The notes below the pieces were generated by a model. The model searched no databases. It was not told the origin of the DNA and saw nothing but the letters and a program-made list of their open reading frames with translations. A DNA stretch of 64,000 nucleotides from Phoronis australis (Eukaryota; Animalia; Phoronida), in assembly GCA_002633005.1 (NCBI GenBank), contig NMRA01000774.1, forward strand, positions 45,501 to 109,500, read 5' to 3'. This document shows, one piece after another, positions 61,241-64,000 of this stretch; positions within the stretch are counted from its first letter, which is position 1; the number at the start of each line of letters is the position of its first letter. A program made the position numbers and the translations under genes.

Positions 61241-63056
61241 GTACAAAAAGTGTCGAGTCCTACTGTTCGGATAGCCGATAATGACGATTGATTATTTATA
61301 GTTAATTGATTGTAGTAATTCTTACAAAGGGCGCTAGCTTCTTCATTGTTCGATCAGATCAGTTAATTAACAACAGGTTTCACTTGTTTTAATTAGTGTT
61401 TATCATATAATGAATCAATTGTTGTCCATCTACGCACAATGGCAAAGCATAGCTACCATTCAAACAAACCCACAATCAACATCTGATAATTGTTAATACC
61501 TATGTGATTCATTCCACTTTCGTCTCAATTGGAGTCAAGCACGCAATTTTTTTACCGTGCAGGCTCGAAAAACATTCACGTTATAAAATCAGATTGTTCT
61601 TCATCGTCCGTCCTTTTTTGAGTAGTTTACTAGTATAAATCTAAAGGCTACTTTTTGTATGGTGCCGTGATTTACATTATCTCAATTCTCAAGTTTATAG
61701 AAAATGTTCATAACGAGTTCGGCAAGTTTGCCCTGCGACTAAACAAAAAGACGCCAAATGGCATGGCTAGGAGCGAATGTGTTACATGTACATGTAGATA
61801 GATGTCGCATACTTACATGTACTACGTGTTCACGACAATTGTTTTCTGGGCGAGGCTACTTCATTTGAAGCCTCGTTAATATCTAACTATTAAATTGCTT
61901 CAATTATGTTACAGCAACAGTGTAAAGACGACGGCAGGCACAACTGGGCCTCTTATATGATATGGCATGGTTATACATGTACAGACCTGGTGGTACAGAT
62001 TTTTTGCGATCAGAAATTTGCCGGAGAATAATTGACTGTTACATGTACATTCAAAGCTAGAGTTTTGTATTTAATAATTACGACAATGTCTGTACTATTA
62101 ATACGGAACCACAGTGTGAGAAAGTGCATGTTATTTTACACTGCAATATGGGTAAACTATTTGCTCGACTTAGGTGCTCAATGCACAAGCATTATATTGA
62201 ACCAGGGTGGCAAGCTGGTCTACCCGATAGTGAGAGAACTTTTGTCATATGCAATACTGGTCTAACATAAAACGAGAATCGTTTTATTTGTAACTGATCT
62301 GCCTTTGGTGATGTGCACCAATGCACCAAAATTTTGCTGACGAATATGACTGGTGATGCCAGAGAAGTTACAATATTTCAAAGACACGATCTTTGGGAAC
62401 CAGGCACAACAGCGCTAAGAACTGATCTTTTGTCACTTTGGAGTCGTAATGTAAACGGTATTATGAGGCCAAGGCCTACATGAAATCGTTTCAGATTCTA
62501 ATTCTGATTGTTACAGGTCTTCACGCTCATAAGATTAAAGTAAAAAGTTCGACTTATTCATCTTAAAGCTGTTTTCCACTCCATGTTATCTATCAAATTT
62601 GAATTCAATGCTCGTGTTGGTACTGAAATAATAGAAAAGCGGTATCATGGAATGGAATTTTAACATATCAATTTTATGTGAGCATAAGGCTTAACTGAGT
62701 TTTCGAGAGGCAATCAGGGCGAAATGCAGCTTTGAATTCAAAATTGAAAATTGTTTTTCATTTCTTAGAACAGTCGTTCTCATGTTTTTGAGATCCGGCA
62801 TCGAAAGCTCGAGCATCATCTGTTATTGATCACAGTCTTAGCATTGTTAACCCGTTCGCAAGCAGCTCGCATAGAAATCGTCAGATTTGCGTCACCATCG
62901 TTGCCTTTGTTATTATGATTTTAATGACTATGACTAGCATTTATCGGTATAGCGGATTTGCAGCGACGCCATATTGAAATTAGGTTAAAATGGTGCATTG
63001 TGGGTGCTGTGGTCAGGATTCCGAAAGCGGCCATAGTAACAAGCGTAATACGCGGT

Positions 63057-63142
63057 ATGAGCGCGAAGAAAACTTACGGCGGATACACTTGTTGTGTTCC
63101 TGGCTGCTTCAAAAACAACAAGAGAGATAAAAATCTGAGTTT
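63057..63142 (+). pseudogene. Start of a THAP-domain ORF, cut off by an assembly join
   Basis: MSAKKTYGGYTCCVPGCFKNNKRDKNLSF, then N at 63143. Confidence 0.55.
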
Positions 63143-64000
63143 NACAATATTTCAAAGACACGATCTTTGGGAACCAGGCACAACAGCGCTAAGAACTGAT
63201 CTTTTGTCACTTTGGAGTCGTAATGTAAACGGTATTATGAGGCCAAGGCCTACATGAAATCGTTTCAGATTCTAATTCTGATTGTTACAGGTCTTCACGC
63301 TCATAAGATTAAAGTAAAAAGTTCGACTTATTCATCTTAAAGCTGTTTTCCACTCCATGTTATCTATCAAATTTGAATTCAATGCTCGTGTTGGTACTGA
63401 AATAATAGAAAAGCGGTATCATGGAATGGAATTTTAACATATCAATTTTATGTGAGCATAAGGCTTAACTGAGTTTTCGAGAGGCAATCAGGGCGAAATG
63501 CAGCTTTGAATTCAAAATTGAAAATTGTTTTTCATTTCTTAGAACAGTCGTTCTCATGGTTTTTGAGATCCGGCATCGAAAGCTCGAGCATCATCTGTTA
63601 TTGATCACAGTCTTAGCATTGTTAACCCGTTTGCAAGCAGCTCGCATAGAAATCGTCAGATTTGCGTCACCATCGTTGCCTTTGTTATTATGATTTTAAT
63701 GACAAGCATTTATCGGTATTCGTCCCATCTAATGGATGCCCACGAGACATGTTCATGCACGATGTCCATGCGGCCTGTATTGTTATATTCAACAAAGACG
63801 CAACAAAGGAAAGAAATTCTACGACCAATAACCCAATGTAAATTATGTCGTATGTATTTCGAAAGCTGTTGTTTAACTTGCGACGTAACGGCCGTATGCG
63901 CGTCGCATGGTTATCCCCATTGTTATTCTTTCTTCAGGTCGCACAAATATCGTGCCTTGGACTTCGGCGCACATTAGCCGCTTACCATTACCTTTATTAT

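Noticed and set aside
62370-63718. About 580-bp direct repeat
   Set aside because: The second copy starts immediately after N 63143. Probable assembly or haplotype overlap.
58879-64000. Upstream astacin exons (prodomain, GCxSxVG region)
   Set aside because: Looked for on the - strand by eye and found no convincing exon. They presumably lie beyond the window, although a short exon could have been missed.

Overview
AT-rich, repeat-dense metazoan genomic DNA, most likely a marine invertebrate (inferred from spliceosomal introns, abundant TACATGTA and the transposon spectrum). It is a draft assembly with one 567-N gap and several single-N joins flanked by duplicated sequence. The only intact host gene I can support is the 3' part of a minus-strand astacin (M12A) metalloprotease, with six exons spread over 26 kb (58878 down to 32848). 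It encodes the [11 protein letters not shown] zinc site, the SVMHY Met-turn, a 6-Cys EGF-like module, a Gly12 linker and three tandem 114-bp ShK exons. The last ShK domain is strongly basic, has a Lys-Tyr pair in the ShK-toxin register, and ends in a stop codon 1 nt before a retained splice donor. The rest of the window is nested transposon relics: two Sola3-like elements (GAG..CTC ends, TTAA), one of which splits a Crypton tyrosine-recombinase gene; an Academ element; two Kolobok families (THAP and KolX), one nested in the other; a BEL/Pao gag fragment; two LINE relics; MITEs; and a palindrome built from two degenerate Penelope-type minimal hammerhead motifs. Family assignments come from motif recognition by eye, not from database searches.
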